A stretch of DNA of 64,000 nucleotides. Origin: Novosphingobium sp. Chol11. GTDB lineage: Bacteria; Pseudomonadota; Alphaproteobacteria; Sphingomonadales; Sphingomonadaceae. Below the pieces are notes generated by a model. That model saw only the letters and a program-made list of their open reading frames with translations. It had not been told where the DNA came from and made no database searches. Position numbers and translations under genes: made by a program. The stretch covers positions 28,432-92,431 of the forward strand of contig NZ_CAMBTS010000001.1 in NCBI RefSeq assembly GCF_945870625.1. The letters run 5' to 3'. Positions 55,003 through 64,000 of this stretch are shown here, piece after piece. Positions within the stretch are counted from its first letter, which is position 1, and each line of letters opens with the position of its first letter.

Positions 55003-55192
55003 TTTCACTGTTTTGAATAGGCTCCCGCCCAGTACTGGATCGGTCTTCGATCAAGGCCATCGCCCTGCCCGCAGCATGCGCTGGGTGCTGGCAGCAAAGC
55101 CTCGCAATCCGGCTCAAGGCGATCTGACTAAGTGGTTTTCCCGATGGTCGCTATCAGCCGGTCGTAGGCACACGTCGTGCAATAGACACATC

Positions 55193-56476
55193 ATGCTTAA
55201 ACGTGTCCCCACAGATCAGATCAAGCTTGGCATGTTCATCCACAAGCTGGAAGGCAGCTGGTTTCAGCATCCCTTTTGGAAATCGAAGTTTCTCCTGACC
55301 GATGAGGGCATGCTGCAGACTTTGACCAGCAGCGATGTTCCCGCCGTGACGATCGACACCGAGCGCGGGATTGATTTTTTTGAGCAACCGAGTGCGCCCA
55401 GTACGCAACCGGTGGCGCGGGTGTTTGGCGGTGGGCGGCCCAATCTGGTGCGCACCATGCCGCCAGCTAATGGTCGAGTTGCGATTAGCGCCGCAGTCGC
55501 TCAATCTACAACCGTCGCCGAGTTCGGCAAGGCGCGCCAGATCACGCAGCGAGCGGGCAAAGTCGTCAGCCGCGTGTTTTTGAAGGCCCGACTGGGCAAA
55601 GCCTTCGAAGCTTCCGAAATCGAGCCGGTGATCGACGAGATTTATGCCTCGGTCCAGCGCAATCTTTATGCCTTCAATGGTCTCCTGCGGTGCCAGCAGG
55701 ACCGCGATTTCGTTTACCGGCATGCGCTTGCGGTCAGCGCCTTGATGATCTCGCTCGCCCGGCAGATGAAGCTGTCGCCGCTCGATATCCGCGAGGCAGG
55801 CATGGCCGGGCTGATGATGGATATCGGCATTGGCCAATTGCCCGACAAGAGCATCGCCAGCATGGTCAATCTCCGCCAGCTTTCAAGCGAGATGCTCGCC
55901 CAGCATGTCCTGCTCGGTTATGCTTTGCTCAAAGCTTCCGGCGGGGTTCCCAAGCGGGTTCTTGATGTGAGTTTGCAGCACCATGAGCGGCTCGATGGCA
56001 CCGGCTATCCCAATGGCTATGCAGGCAGTGATATCGGCCTTTTCCCTCGGATGGCCGCGATTTGCGACGAATACGATTACCTGGTTTCGTCTGACGGTGA
56101 ACGCATCGGACTTGATCCGGGCGCAGCGATCCGCGCCCTTGGCGAAACCGGCGGCGGCGGGCTCGATCCCGAGATCATGTGCCATTTCATCGAAATGCTG
56201 GGCGTCTATCCGATTGGCGCGTTTGTGAGCTTGCGGTCGGGCCGTCTGGCCATGGTGGTCGATGAAGACCCCCATGATCATGCGTTGCCGATCGTGCGCA
56301 CGTTCTTCTCGAGCGAGAGCGGCAAGCGGATCAAGAGCGAGACAATTGCACTGGCGCACTGTTTCGGCGCGGACGAGATTGTTGGCGTTGCCGAACTGGC
56401 GGGGCTTGATCTGCCCGATCTGGGCGATCTGCGCAAATCCATCCTCGCGGCCTATGCGCGCGAAGCGGGCGGCTGA
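55193..56476 (+). CDS. DUF3391 + HD-GYP domain protein, degenerate HD motif
   Basis: N-terminal LGMFIH.L..SW..HPFW; HHERLDG.GYP.G intact; HD site reads LMMDIGI instead of LLHDIGK. Start is ATG 55193. Confidence 0.88.
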   Translation: MLKRVPTDQIKLGMFIHKLEGSWFQHPFWKSKFLLTDEGMLQTLTSSDVPAVTIDTERGIDFFEQPSAPSTQPVARVFGGGRPNLVRTMPPANGRVAISAAVAQSTTVAEFGKARQITQRAGKVVSRVFLKARLGKAFEASEIEPVIDEIYASVQRNLYAFNGLLRCQQDRDFVYRHALAVSALMISLARQMKLSPLDIREAGMAGLMMDIGIGQLPDKSIASMVNLRQLSSEMLAQHVLLGYALLKASGGVPKRVLDVSLQHHERLDGTGYPNGYAGSDIGLFPRMAAICDEYDYLVSSDGERIGLDPGAAIRALGETGGGGLDPEIMCHFIEMLGVYPIGAFVSLRSGRLAMVVDEDPHDHALPIVRTFFSSESGKRIKSETIALAHCFGADEIVGVAELAGLDLPDLGDLRKSILAAYAREAGG

Positions 56477-56527
56477 GAGCATTCCTGCAAACCGCCGCAA
56501 ATCGCCCGGAAGAGCGACCGAACGCGC

Positions 56528-56562
56528 AAAAAAAAAGGCCGAACGGTTGCCCGCTCGGCCTT
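56528..56562 (-). terminator. Rho-independent terminator
   Basis: Minus strand AAGGCCGAGCGG-GCAA-CCGTTCGGCC followed by T9. Confidence 0.88.
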
Positions 56563-56596
56563 GGAAGTTTGGGAGAGGATGCCTGAAAGGCTCAGC
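56528..56596 (-). ncRNA. Probable alpha-r8 (suhB/MmgR)-like small RNA
   Basis: 5' hairpin GCCU-UUC-AGGC, then single-stranded AUCCUCUCCCAAACUU, then the terminator; same layout and core as the UUUCCUCCCUAGACUU + terminator of MmgR/suhB as I recall it. 5' end estimated. Confidence 0.55.
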
Positions 56597-56641
56597 ATGA
56601 GTGCAGCGCGCAGGCGTTTTGAGCAAGTGCGAAGAGGGCGT

Positions 56642-58279
56642 TTACAGTTGCGCTTCTTGCATCTGCCTAACGAGGCTGCTCGCAACCGCCTCGGCAACCT
56701 TGATTCCATCAACCGCGGCAGAGAGAATTCCGCCGGCATAACCCGCGCCTTCGCCCGCTGGATAAAGCCCGTGAGTGCCCAGACTCTGAAAATCCTTCCC
56801 CCTCGTAAAGCGCACCGGCGAGGAGGTGCGTGTCTCGACTCCAGTGAGAACTACATCCGGATGATCATAACCGGGCATCTGCCGACCAAATGCAGGCAGC
56901 GCCTCACGTAGCGCCTCGATGGCAAATGATGGAAGGCACTGCGCAAGATCGGTGAGATGCACGCCCGGTTGGTATGACGGAATGATCGATCCCAGCTCTG
57001 TCGATGGCTTGCCGACAAGGAAATCGCCCAGCTTCTGGCCCGGCGCCTGATAGTTTGATCCCCCGGCCTTGAATGCCAATTCCTCCCAGCGGCGCTGATA
57101 GGCGATCCCGGCCAGCGGTCCGCCCGGAAAATCGCGCTCGGGGGTGATATCCACGACAAGTCCGGAGTTCGCATTGAACTCTGCGCGCGAATGCTGGCTC
57201 ATCCCGTTGGTCACGAGGTGGCCTGGCTCCGACGCTGCCGCCACGACCTGGCCGCCCGGGCACATGCAGAAGCTATAAGCAGAGCGGCCGTTCGCGCTCT
57301 GATGCGACAGCGAATATGCCGCTGGCCCGAGAATCTTGTTCCCGGCGAATGCGCCATAACGGGCTTGGTCGATCAGGCTTTGCGGATGTTCGATGCGAAC
57401 GCCGATCGCAAAAGGCTTGGCCTCGGCGTGTACGCCCCGGTCGCACAGCGCCTGAAACGTATCGCGCGCCGAATGCCCGACGGCGAGGATCACGTGGCGG
57501 GCGGGCAGGAAAACGCCGCCGGACAGATGCAGGCCGGTTAGCTGGCGTTGGCCATCGGGCATGCGTTCAATCTCGAAATCTTCGACGCGCGTTTCGAAAC
57601 GGTATTCACCGCCCAGCGCCTCGATCGTCTGGCGGATCGACATCACCATGGTCACCAACCGGAACGTGCCGATATGCGGATGCGCTTCGAACAGGATATC
57701 GGCCGGCGCCCCCGCTTTGACGAACTCGACCAGCACCTTGCGCCCGAGATGGCGCGGGTCCTTGATCCGGCTGTAAAGCTTGCCGTCTGAGAATGTGCCT
57801 GCGCCTCCCTCGCCGAATTGGACATTCGATTCGGGGGTCAGCACACTTTTTCGCCATAGCGCCCAGGTGTCCTTGGTGCGCGCACGCACAGCCTTGCCGC
57901 GTTCGATGATGATCGGTTTGAGGCCCATCTGCGCCAGGATCAACGCCGCCATCAGGCCGCAAGGACCGGCCCCGATGACCACGGGACGCGGGCCGGACCA
58001 AGCGCCCGGGGCCATGACGGGGAACCGATATGCCGTGTCAGGAGCAGGGCGCAGTTGACCACCGGACGCGCGGGCGAGCACGGCTGCCTCGTCGGCTAAA
58101 GTCACGTCGAGCGCATAGACCAGCGAAATCGCCGATTTGCGCCGCGCATCGTTGCCGCGCTTGACCACAGAATAATGAATGAGGTCGCTCGCCTCGATCG
58201 CCAGCCGCCCGCATATTGCCGCTTCGAGGTCTGCGGGGGTGTGGTCGATCGGCAATTTGAGTTCGTTGAGGCGAAGCAT
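56642..58279 (-). CDS. Uncharacterised FAD-dependent dehydrogenase (COG2509-like)
   Basis: PVVIGAGPCG, SNVQFGEGGAGTFSDGKL, PHIGT, GHSARDT, FCMCPGG.V, ETRTSSP, GEGAGYAGGI.SAA.DG motifs. Confidence 0.9.
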   Translation of the reverse strand: MLRLNELKLPIDHTPADLEAAICGRLAIEASDLIHYSVVKRGNDARRKSAISLVYALDVTLADEAAVLARASGGQLRPAPDTAYRFPVMAPGAWSGPRPVVIGAGPCGLMAALILAQMGLKPIIIERGKAVRARTKDTWALWRKSVLTPESNVQFGEGGAGTFSDGKLYSRIKDPRHLGRKVLVEFVKAGAPADILFEAHPHIGTFRLVTMVMSIRQTIEALGGEYRFETRVEDFEIERMPDGQRQLTGLHLSGGVFLPARHVILAVGHSARDTFQALCDRGVHAEAKPFAIGVRIEHPQSLIDQARYGAFAGNKILGPAAYSLSHQSANGRSAYSFCMCPGGQVVAAASEPGHLVTNGMSQHSRAEFNANSGLVVDITPERDFPGGPLAGIAYQRRWEELAFKAGGSNYQAPGQKLGDFLVGKPSTELGSIIPSYQPGVHLTDLAQCLPSFAIEALREALPAFGRQMPGYDHPDVVLTGVETRTSSPVRFTRGKDFQSLGTHGLYPAGEGAGYAGGILSAAVDGIKVAEAVASSLVRQMQEAQL

Positions 58280-58386
58280 GCGGCTGGCCCTAGTGGGTTT
58301 TGCAACCGCTTGAAATCGCCGAGTTGCAAAATCCAGCGCAACCTGCAGATGCGATCACTCAGGTTGGTATGCGGGAACCGACTGCT

Positions 58387-58701
58387 CTATTGGATATGGC
58401 CCGAGATCACTGCTTCGAACACTGCGGGATGCAGCGGCTCGACAAATGCGCAGCCGGCCTCGAACTGATCGCTCCAGACCACAGTGGCGTGACGCGGTTC
58501 AAGCCCCGGCAACGTGATCCAGACGACTTCGCCTTCGCGCAGACGTTCCATCCCCGAGAAGCGCAGTCCATGCACTGAAAGGTCGAGCGTTTTGGCAACG
58601 AGCCTGACCAGTTTGCGCTTGTATTGGACTTGAACCGCGATGTGACGCCGTTCGGAGCGGCGCTGCGTCAATGCATCTGGCGTAGGCTGCTGGGCGGGCA
58701 T
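58387..58701 (-). CDS. PilZ-domain c-di-GMP receptor
   Basis: RRSERR (RxxxR) and DLSVHG (DxSxxG) intact; VVW...F.AGC.F..PL ending. Confidence 0.85.
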   Translation of the reverse strand: MPAQQPTPDALTQRRSERRHIAVQVQYKRKLVRLVAKTLDLSVHGLRFSGMERLREGEVVWITLPGLEPRHATVVWSDQFEAGCAFVEPLHPAVFEAVISGHIQ

Positions 58702-58762
58702 AGTGACTCCGGCAAACGTGTCCTTGATCGGAGCGGACGATTGCAGGATAGTGCAAGATCAC

Positions 58763-58786
58763 TTACAATCGGTTAACACATTGTAA
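58763..58786. promoter_or_regulatory. 24-bp dyad in the PilZ/dipeptidase divergent gap
   Basis: TTACAAT-cg-GTTAAC-ac-ATTGTAA; 20 of 24 positions symmetric. Confidence 0.55.
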
Positions 58787-58892
58787 TGCAACATATACCC
58801 GGCCTCTTTCCGCTCTTGTGGCGATCACGTTGCTGGCTCGCTCCACAAATATGCAGCGCGAACGACAAGAACTGCCCCAAGGAGACCGCGAC

Positions 58893-60122
58893 ATGCGTCT
58901 GATTTTCCTCGCTGCGAGCGCCTTGACGCTCACGTTGTCGGCATCCAGCGCATCGGCGCGGGCGGACCGGGCGCTGACAGACTTCCATGAAAGCCTGCTG
59001 ACGCTCGATTCGCATCTCGATACGCCGGCATCGCTGGTGCTGCCCGGCTGGTCGATCGTTGCGCCGCACGATGTTCATGCCGACTACACGCAAGTGGATG
59101 TCCCGCGGATGAAGCGAGGCGGCCTCGATGGCGGGTTCTGGGTGATCTACACGCCGCAAGGACCGCTCGATCCTGAGGCAGCGCGAAAGGCGCGCGATTT
59201 TGCGCTGATGCGCGGCATCGCTGTGCGCGAAATGGTGGCCGCGCACCCCGATCAGTTTGCCATGGCCAGCAGCGCCGCCGAGGCCCCTCGCATTGCCGCA
59301 AGCGGGAAACGGGTGGTCTATCTTTCCATCGAAAATGCCTGGCCATTGGGGGACGATCCCAGTCTGCTGCGCTCGTTCTTTGCGATGGGGGTGCGCATGG
59401 CCGGTTTTGCGCACTTCAGGACCAACCAGTTTGCAGACAGTTCGACCGACCAGCCCAAGTGGGATGGGTTGAGCCCGCTGGGTGTGCAGCTGCTTGCCGA
59501 GATGAACCGCTTGGGCATTGTGCCCGATCTTTCGCACAGCTCTGATCACGCGCTGGATGATGCATTGCGTCTGTCGAAATCGCCGCTGATACTGTCCCAT
59601 TCAGGCTGCAAGGCGGTGTTCGATCATCCGCGCAATATTGATGATGCGCATCTGCGTGCGCTGGCGGCGCAGGGCGGCGTGATCCAGATCAACTCGGTCT
59701 ATGTGAAGGCGGCCAAATCCAATGCCCAGCGCGATGCAGCAAGCAAGGCGCTTGAGGCGCGATTCCCTGAAGACCGGGCGCTCAGCGTTGCCGAGCACGC
59801 AGACTTGCTGGCGCAGCGCCGTGAGATCGACCGCAAATTTCCCGAAGATCGCGCCACGTTCGATGATGTGATGGCCAATTTGCTCCATGCCATCAAGGTC
59901 GCCGGGGTCGATCATGTCGGCATCGGGCTGGATTGGGATGGCGGCGGCGGTGTCATCGGGCTTGAGGACGTGGTTGATCTGCCCAAACTCACCCGCGCAT
60001 TGCTGGCGGCAGGACATAGCAGGGATGACGTCGCCAAGATCTGGTCTGGCAACGTGCTGCGTGTGCTGACCGCGGCTGAGGCCGCAGCCCGGCAAGAAAA
60101 TCAAGCTTCGCCGGGGGCTTAG
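58893..60122 (+). CDS. Membrane dipeptidase (peptidase M19), exported
   Basis: Signal peptide; DSHLD, SIEN, HFRTN, DLSH, LSHSG, HVGIGLDWDG metal/catalytic motifs; AAGGAG SD before ATG 58893. Confidence 0.92.
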   Translation: MRLIFLAASALTLTLSASSASARADRALTDFHESLLTLDSHLDTPASLVLPGWSIVAPHDVHADYTQVDVPRMKRGGLDGGFWVIYTPQGPLDPEAARKARDFALMRGIAVREMVAAHPDQFAMASSAAEAPRIAASGKRVVYLSIENAWPLGDDPSLLRSFFAMGVRMAGFAHFRTNQFADSSTDQPKWDGLSPLGVQLLAEMNRLGIVPDLSHSSDHALDDALRLSKSPLILSHSGCKAVFDHPRNIDDAHLRALAAQGGVIQINSVYVKAAKSNAQRDAASKALEARFPEDRALSVAEHADLLAQRREIDRKFPEDRATFDDVMANLLHAIKVAGVDHVGIGLDWDGGGGVIGLEDVVDLPKLTRALLAAGHSRDDVAKIWSGNVLRVLTAAEAAARQENQASPGA

Positions 60123-60125
60123 GCT

Positions 60126-61637
60126 CTAAACTGCCTCAGCCGGCACGTTCACCCGGACCTCGGCTTTCAAGGCGAGATGGGCGGCCAGAGCTTTGAGATC
60201 GCGCTCTACCCCCTCGTTTACCAGCGCCGCGATGGCGGGCCGCACGCAGAGCAGCAGCAAGCCGCGCTCGGCGGTAAGCGAACTGCCGCTCAAGCCTTCT
60301 AATGTGCAACTGCTAAACCTGCGGCACAGGCGCGTGGCAAGCCCGACGGCATGGGCTTCGCGCAACTGCGCAGGCGAAATGAGCGCGGTAAGTTCGGGCG
60401 ATAAGCCCAGTGATCCGGTGTTCGCGCCCATCGCCGCCGCCAGCGCCACCCGCGCGCGCGCGTCAGCGCCAATCCAGCGCTTGCGCAAGGCCCAGTCGCG
60501 CGCCAGATCGCCGCGCAGATTTGGCTCCACTTTGGTCGAGGCAAGGCAGAGCATGATGGCTGCAAGACGAATGCCATGATCTGTCTGCTCATTCTCAGCC
60601 GCGCAGGCCATCTTTACCGCCGCGCCGATCCAGTCCGCGACCATTCCAGCGGTTGCCGCCGATACGGAATATTCAGCGGCAAAGGCGGTCGCCCCGGCGA
60701 CGAGCGGATCTTGCGCTTGCAGCGCTGGCGGCATGGATTGCCACAAGATGCCCTCGCGCAGACCCCATGATGAGAAAATCAATCGTCCAGGCTGCAAAGT
60801 GCGGATCAAAATCGCCAGCAGAGCCCCAGTATCGGGCAGGCTCGCCAACCGCGCATTGGCCACGCCCACGAGCGGAAGCATTGTATCGGGCTTTTTGCGG
60901 GCAAGGCCTCTGGCGATCTTGAACGCCTCTTCCGGCGCGATCTCGAAGCCATGGGGATCATCGATCGGCCAGTCCGTGGCATGGATGGCATAGCGGGCGA
61001 AAGCACGTAGTGAGCCGCCGACGAGATAGAGCGCAGAGCCGGGCGCCGCTTGCCACGCGGCCTTTTTGACGGCCTTGTTGATGCGTTGGGCAAAGGCGCG
61101 TTCGCCGTTGGCGCGCATCGCGGGCAGGTTTAGCGAACCGAGCGGCATACTGATGCCGTGGCGACAGCTCGGGGCATCGACATCGACCAGTTCGAGGCTT
61201 CCACCGCCAAGATCGCCGACCACGCCGCGCGCGCCGGGGAATGCCCCCATCACCCCGTGTGCGCTGGTGATGGCCTCTTCTTCTCCGCTGAGCAGGCGAG
61301 GCTCCAAGCCCAGATCCTGAACCGCGCGCAGGAATTCGGGGCCATTGCCAGCATCGCGTACGGCCGCTGTTGCCACAACGTCAACCTGGCCGATCCGCTC
61401 AAGCCGCAGTAAAGTGTGATAGCGCGCGAGGCTGGAAAGCGCGGCGGCCATGGCACGCTCGGCAAGCATCCCGGTTTCCGCCACGCCTTTGCCCAGCCGC
61501 GCGGTAATCTTTTCGTTGTGGAGCACTTCGGGCGCGCGGATCGGCCCGCCATAAATGACCAGGCGCACCGTGTTCGATCCGATGTCGATGATCGCCCGGG
61601 TGGGTTCATGGGGCGAGGTACGGTCGAACTTTGCCAT
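60126..61637 (-). CDS. ppx: Ppx/GppA exopolyphosphatase
   Basis: IIDIGSNTVRL, VATAAVRDA.NG, LSGEEEA, DLGGGSLE, S.WGLREG motifs; directly downstream of ppk1. Confidence 0.92.
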   Translation of the reverse strand: MAKFDRTSPHEPTRAIIDIGSNTVRLVIYGGPIRAPEVLHNEKITARLGKGVAETGMLAERAMAAALSSLARYHTLLRLERIGQVDVVATAAVRDAGNGPEFLRAVQDLGLEPRLLSGEEEAITSAHGVMGAFPGARGVVGDLGGGSLELVDVDAPSCRHGISMPLGSLNLPAMRANGERAFAQRINKAVKKAAWQAAPGSALYLVGGSLRAFARYAIHATDWPIDDPHGFEIAPEEAFKIARGLARKKPDTMLPLVGVANARLASLPDTGALLAILIRTLQPGRLIFSSWGLREGILWQSMPPALQAQDPLVAGATAFAAEYSVSAATAGMVADWIGAAVKMACAAENEQTDHGIRLAAIMLCLASTKVEPNLRGDLARDWALRKRWIGADARARVALAAAMGANTGSLGLSPELTALISPAQLREAHAVGLATRLCRRFSSCTLEGLSGSSLTAERGLLLLCVRPAIAALVNEGVERDLKALAAHLALKAEVRVNVPAEAV

Positions 61638-61641
61638 GCGA

Positions 61642-63843
61642 TCAGGCCCGGGTTGCCCCGCCACGGCGCAGCGCAAGCTTGGGCACCTTGCGACCTTTGG
61701 TCAGCGCGGCACCGCGCCCCGATAGCGACGGGTTGGTCATGAAATAGCGATGCACATTGAAAGGATTTTCGCCGCGTTCGGTGCGGTGATAGGTGCCATC
61801 GGGGCTGAGATCCCAGCTTTGTTCGGTGTCGAGCAGATTTGCCAGCATGACCTGATCCAGCACCTGATCGTGAACGGTCGCATTGCGGATCGGCACCAGG
61901 ACCTCGACGCGCCGATCAAGATTGCGGCTCATCCCGTCTGCCGATGAAATGAAGACTTTCGCGCGCCGATTCGGCATCGCGCCGCCATTACCGAATGCCC
62001 AGATGCGGCTGTGTTCAAGAAAACGCCCGATGACCGATTTGACCGAAATGTTCTCCGACATGCCCGGCACGCCTGGGCGCAGGCAGCAAATCCCGCGAAC
62101 CACCAGCCGGATATCGACCCCCGCGTTGCTCGCAGCGTAAAGCAGCAGGATCAACTGGCTATCGGTCAGTGAGTTGAGCTTGGCCCAGATCGTTGCCGGT
62201 CTGCCACTCTGCGCCAGCGCGATCTCGTGTTCGATACATTCATAGAGCTTGCGGCGCAGGCCCAGCGGCGCAATCGCGAGCATTTCGGTCGCTTTGGGCT
62301 CGATATAGCCGGTAATGAAATTGAACAGCAGGCCAGCGTCGCGTCCAAACTTGGGGTCGGCGGTAAAAAAGCTGAGATCGGTATAGATCCGCGCGGTGAA
62401 CGGATGATAATTGCCAGTGCCGAAGTGGCAATAGGTGCGATAGGCATTGCCCTCGCGCCGCACCACCATCGATACTTTGGCGTGGGTTTTCCAATCGACG
62501 AAGCCATAGATCACCTGCACGCCTGCTTGTTCAAGCTGCGAGGCCCACATCAAATTCTGCTCTTCGTCGAAGCGCGCCTTGAGCTCCACCACGGCGGTGA
62601 CTGATTTCCCTTCCTCGGCCGCCGCGATCAGCGCCGCGATGACTGCTGATTGCTTGCCCGCGCGATAAAGCGTCTGCTTGATCGCAACGACGTCGGGATC
62701 GGCCGCAGCCTGGCGCAGGAAATCGACCACCACATCGAAGCTTTCGAACGGGTGATGGATGACGAGGTCTTTCTCGCGGATCGCGGCGAAGGCATCGCCG
62801 TTGTGTTCGAGAATCCGTTCGGGGTAGCGCGGGTTGTAAGGTTCAAACTTCAGATCAGGGCGGTTTTCGTCGATCACGCCTGAAAGTCCGCTCATGCTGA
62901 GCAGCCCGGCGGATTTGGTCACCAGCGCCAGATCAAGCCCAAGCTGATCGCGCAGCAATTGTTCGGCCTCGGGATCAAACCCTTCCTGCAACTGAAGCAG
63001 GATCACTTTGCCGCGGCGGCGACGCTGGATCGCGGTGCGGAAATATCGCACCAGATCTTCGGCATCCTCTTCGATCTCGAGATCGCTATCGCGAAGCAGC
63101 CGGAATGTGCCGTAGCCATTGATGCGAAAACCCGGGAACAGTCTCGCCGCATTGCGCCGTACCAGTTCCTCGATGCTGATCCAGCACGCCGCTTTGCCCA
63201 CCAGCCGCACAAAACGCGGCAGAGCGGACGGGATCAGAATCATCTCATTGACCGGCGCGCCATCGGCAATGCGGGTCAGCGTGAAGATCATGCCCGTGCC
63301 CTGGTTGGCGATGAAGGGAAATGGATGCGCCGGATCAATCGCTTGCGGGGTCAGCGCTGGGAAAACATGCGCCTCGAAATAGTTGGACAGCCAATCGGTC
63401 TGCGCTTTGTCGAGCTTTCCGTCGCTGATCAGGTGGATGCCGGCCGCATCGAGCAACTTCGAGAGGTCCGCCAGAATTTCCTGTTGTGCGTGAACAAGGT
63501 CGGTCACGCTGGCATAAGCGGCCTGCAATTGCTCGCGCGGGGTCAGGCCGTCGATCGACAGTTCGTCGATCCGCTGGCGCACCTGACCGGCGAGGCCGGC
63601 TACGCGGACCATCATGAATTCATCCAGATTGCTTCCCGATATCGACAGGAAGCGCAGCCGCTCAAGCACGGGATAATGGGGGTTTTGCGCCTCGGCCAGC
63701 ACCCGGCGGTTGAACGCCAGCCAGCTCAATTCGCGGTTGAAGAAGCGCGCTGGCGGATCGGTTTCCTCGTGCTCGGCAGACAACGGCCCCGGTTGCTCGA
63801 TCTGCGGCGTTTCTGTATCGACTGATGCCATCGCGGGTTCCAT
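61642..63843 (-). CDS. ppk1: Polyphosphate kinase 1
   Basis: FFNRELSWL.FN.RVL, HPFPF, HHPFESF (phospho-His), IKQTLYR, ELKARFDEE.N, KTHAK, H.GTGNY, GRFLEH.R, SSAD.M.RNL..RVE motifs; start 63843 or 63831. Confidence 0.97.
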   Translation of the reverse strand: MEPAMASVDTETPQIEQPGPLSAEHEETDPPARFFNRELSWLAFNRRVLAEAQNPHYPVLERLRFLSISGSNLDEFMMVRVAGLAGQVRQRIDELSIDGLTPREQLQAAYASVTDLVHAQQEILADLSKLLDAAGIHLISDGKLDKAQTDWLSNYFEAHVFPALTPQAIDPAHPFPFIANQGTGMIFTLTRIADGAPVNEMILIPSALPRFVRLVGKAACWISIEELVRRNAARLFPGFRINGYGTFRLLRDSDLEIEEDAEDLVRYFRTAIQRRRRGKVILLQLQEGFDPEAEQLLRDQLGLDLALVTKSAGLLSMSGLSGVIDENRPDLKFEPYNPRYPERILEHNGDAFAAIREKDLVIHHPFESFDVVVDFLRQAAADPDVVAIKQTLYRAGKQSAVIAALIAAAEEGKSVTAVVELKARFDEEQNLMWASQLEQAGVQVIYGFVDWKTHAKVSMVVRREGNAYRTYCHFGTGNYHPFTARIYTDLSFFTADPKFGRDAGLLFNFITGYIEPKATEMLAIAPLGLRRKLYECIEHEIALAQSGRPATIWAKLNSLTDSQLILLLYAASNAGVDIRLVVRGICCLRPGVPGMSENISVKSVIGRFLEHSRIWAFGNGGAMPNRRAKVFISSADGMSRNLDRRVEVLVPIRNATVHDQVLDQVMLANLLDTEQSWDLSPDGTYHRTERGENPFNVHRYFMTNPSLSGRGAALTKGRKVPKLALRRGGATRA

Positions 63844-64000
63844 AAGGTTGCTTGGTTGCCTTCAGGTGATCAGTACACCACTCGTTAGTCGCATAGCACA
63901 AGGCTGACGGGAAAGGGCAAGCTTGCGAGGCGGGCGTATGAACAGAAATCGGTCCTAGCGCGAAGCGCATTCAGTCCGACTGCGCAAGCGTACTCCGATC

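Noticed and set aside
55085-55135. c-di-GMP-I riboswitch upstream of the HD-GYP gene (GCAAAGCCTC string)
   Set aside because: The upstream GCAAAC stem, GNRA tetraloop and GAC elements are absent; a short string match is not enough.
798-63970. Many long ORF-track entries antisense or out of frame to real genes (e.g. 798-2177, 5547-6779, 7570-9033, 26969-28306, 37054-38394, 52702-54078)
   Set aside because: They overlap well-supported genes, carry no family motifs and are Arg/Ala/Gly-rich. This is the expected shadow-ORF pattern in high-GC DNA.
63961-64000. 3' end of a minus-strand gene upstream of ppk1 (...DRSTLAQSD-stop)
   Set aside because: Only about 10 codons are visible, so it cannot be identified or confirmed as coding.
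1-64000. CRISPR arrays, tRNA/rRNA genes, IS elements, integrases, prophage or defence genes
   Set aside because: No regularly spaced repeats, T-loop/cloverleaf signatures or mobile-element motifs were seen by eye. A tRNAscan, CRISPR finder and ISfinder run would be the formal check.

Overview
GC-rich alphaproteobacterial chromosome segment; gene content and style suggest Sphingomonadales, Novosphingobium-like (inference). No rRNA, tRNA, CRISPR array, transposase, integrase or phage gene was seen. From left to right: histidine utilisation genes (hutI partial, hutF, hutC, with a palindromic HutC-type operator); a tripartite RND efflux operon with an unpaired EmrB-type MFS, divergent from a type III polyketide synthase plus ICMT-family methyltransferase; glycerol genes (glpR, glpD, glpK) with a secreted alpha/beta-hydrolase coupled to glpK; a ~25 kb catabolic region (17.9-42.7 kb) of four operons that looks dedicated to an unidentified N-methylated or quaternary amine (BBOX-like dioxygenase, class II aldolase-fold protein, atypical enolase-superfamily enzyme, GMC oxidoreductase, GbcA/Stc2-like Rieske oxygenase, PLP gamma-lyase, HcnBC-like pair, soxBDAG, MFSD1-like transporter); an orphan AceE-like ThDP enzyme; PilZ, pirin and LysR genes; a six-gene acyl-CoA operon joining beta-oxidation enzymes to methylsuccinyl-CoA dehydrogenase, mesaconyl-CoA C1-C4 transferase and mesaconyl-C4-CoA hydratase homologues (the strongest candidate for an undescribed pathway here); a degenerate HD-GYP protein; a probable alpha-r8/suhB(MmgR)-like sRNA; a dipeptidase; ppx and ppk1. 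All family calls are by-eye motif recognition; no database search was run. Start codons were adjusted from the ORF track using Shine-Dalgarno motifs and gene overlaps.
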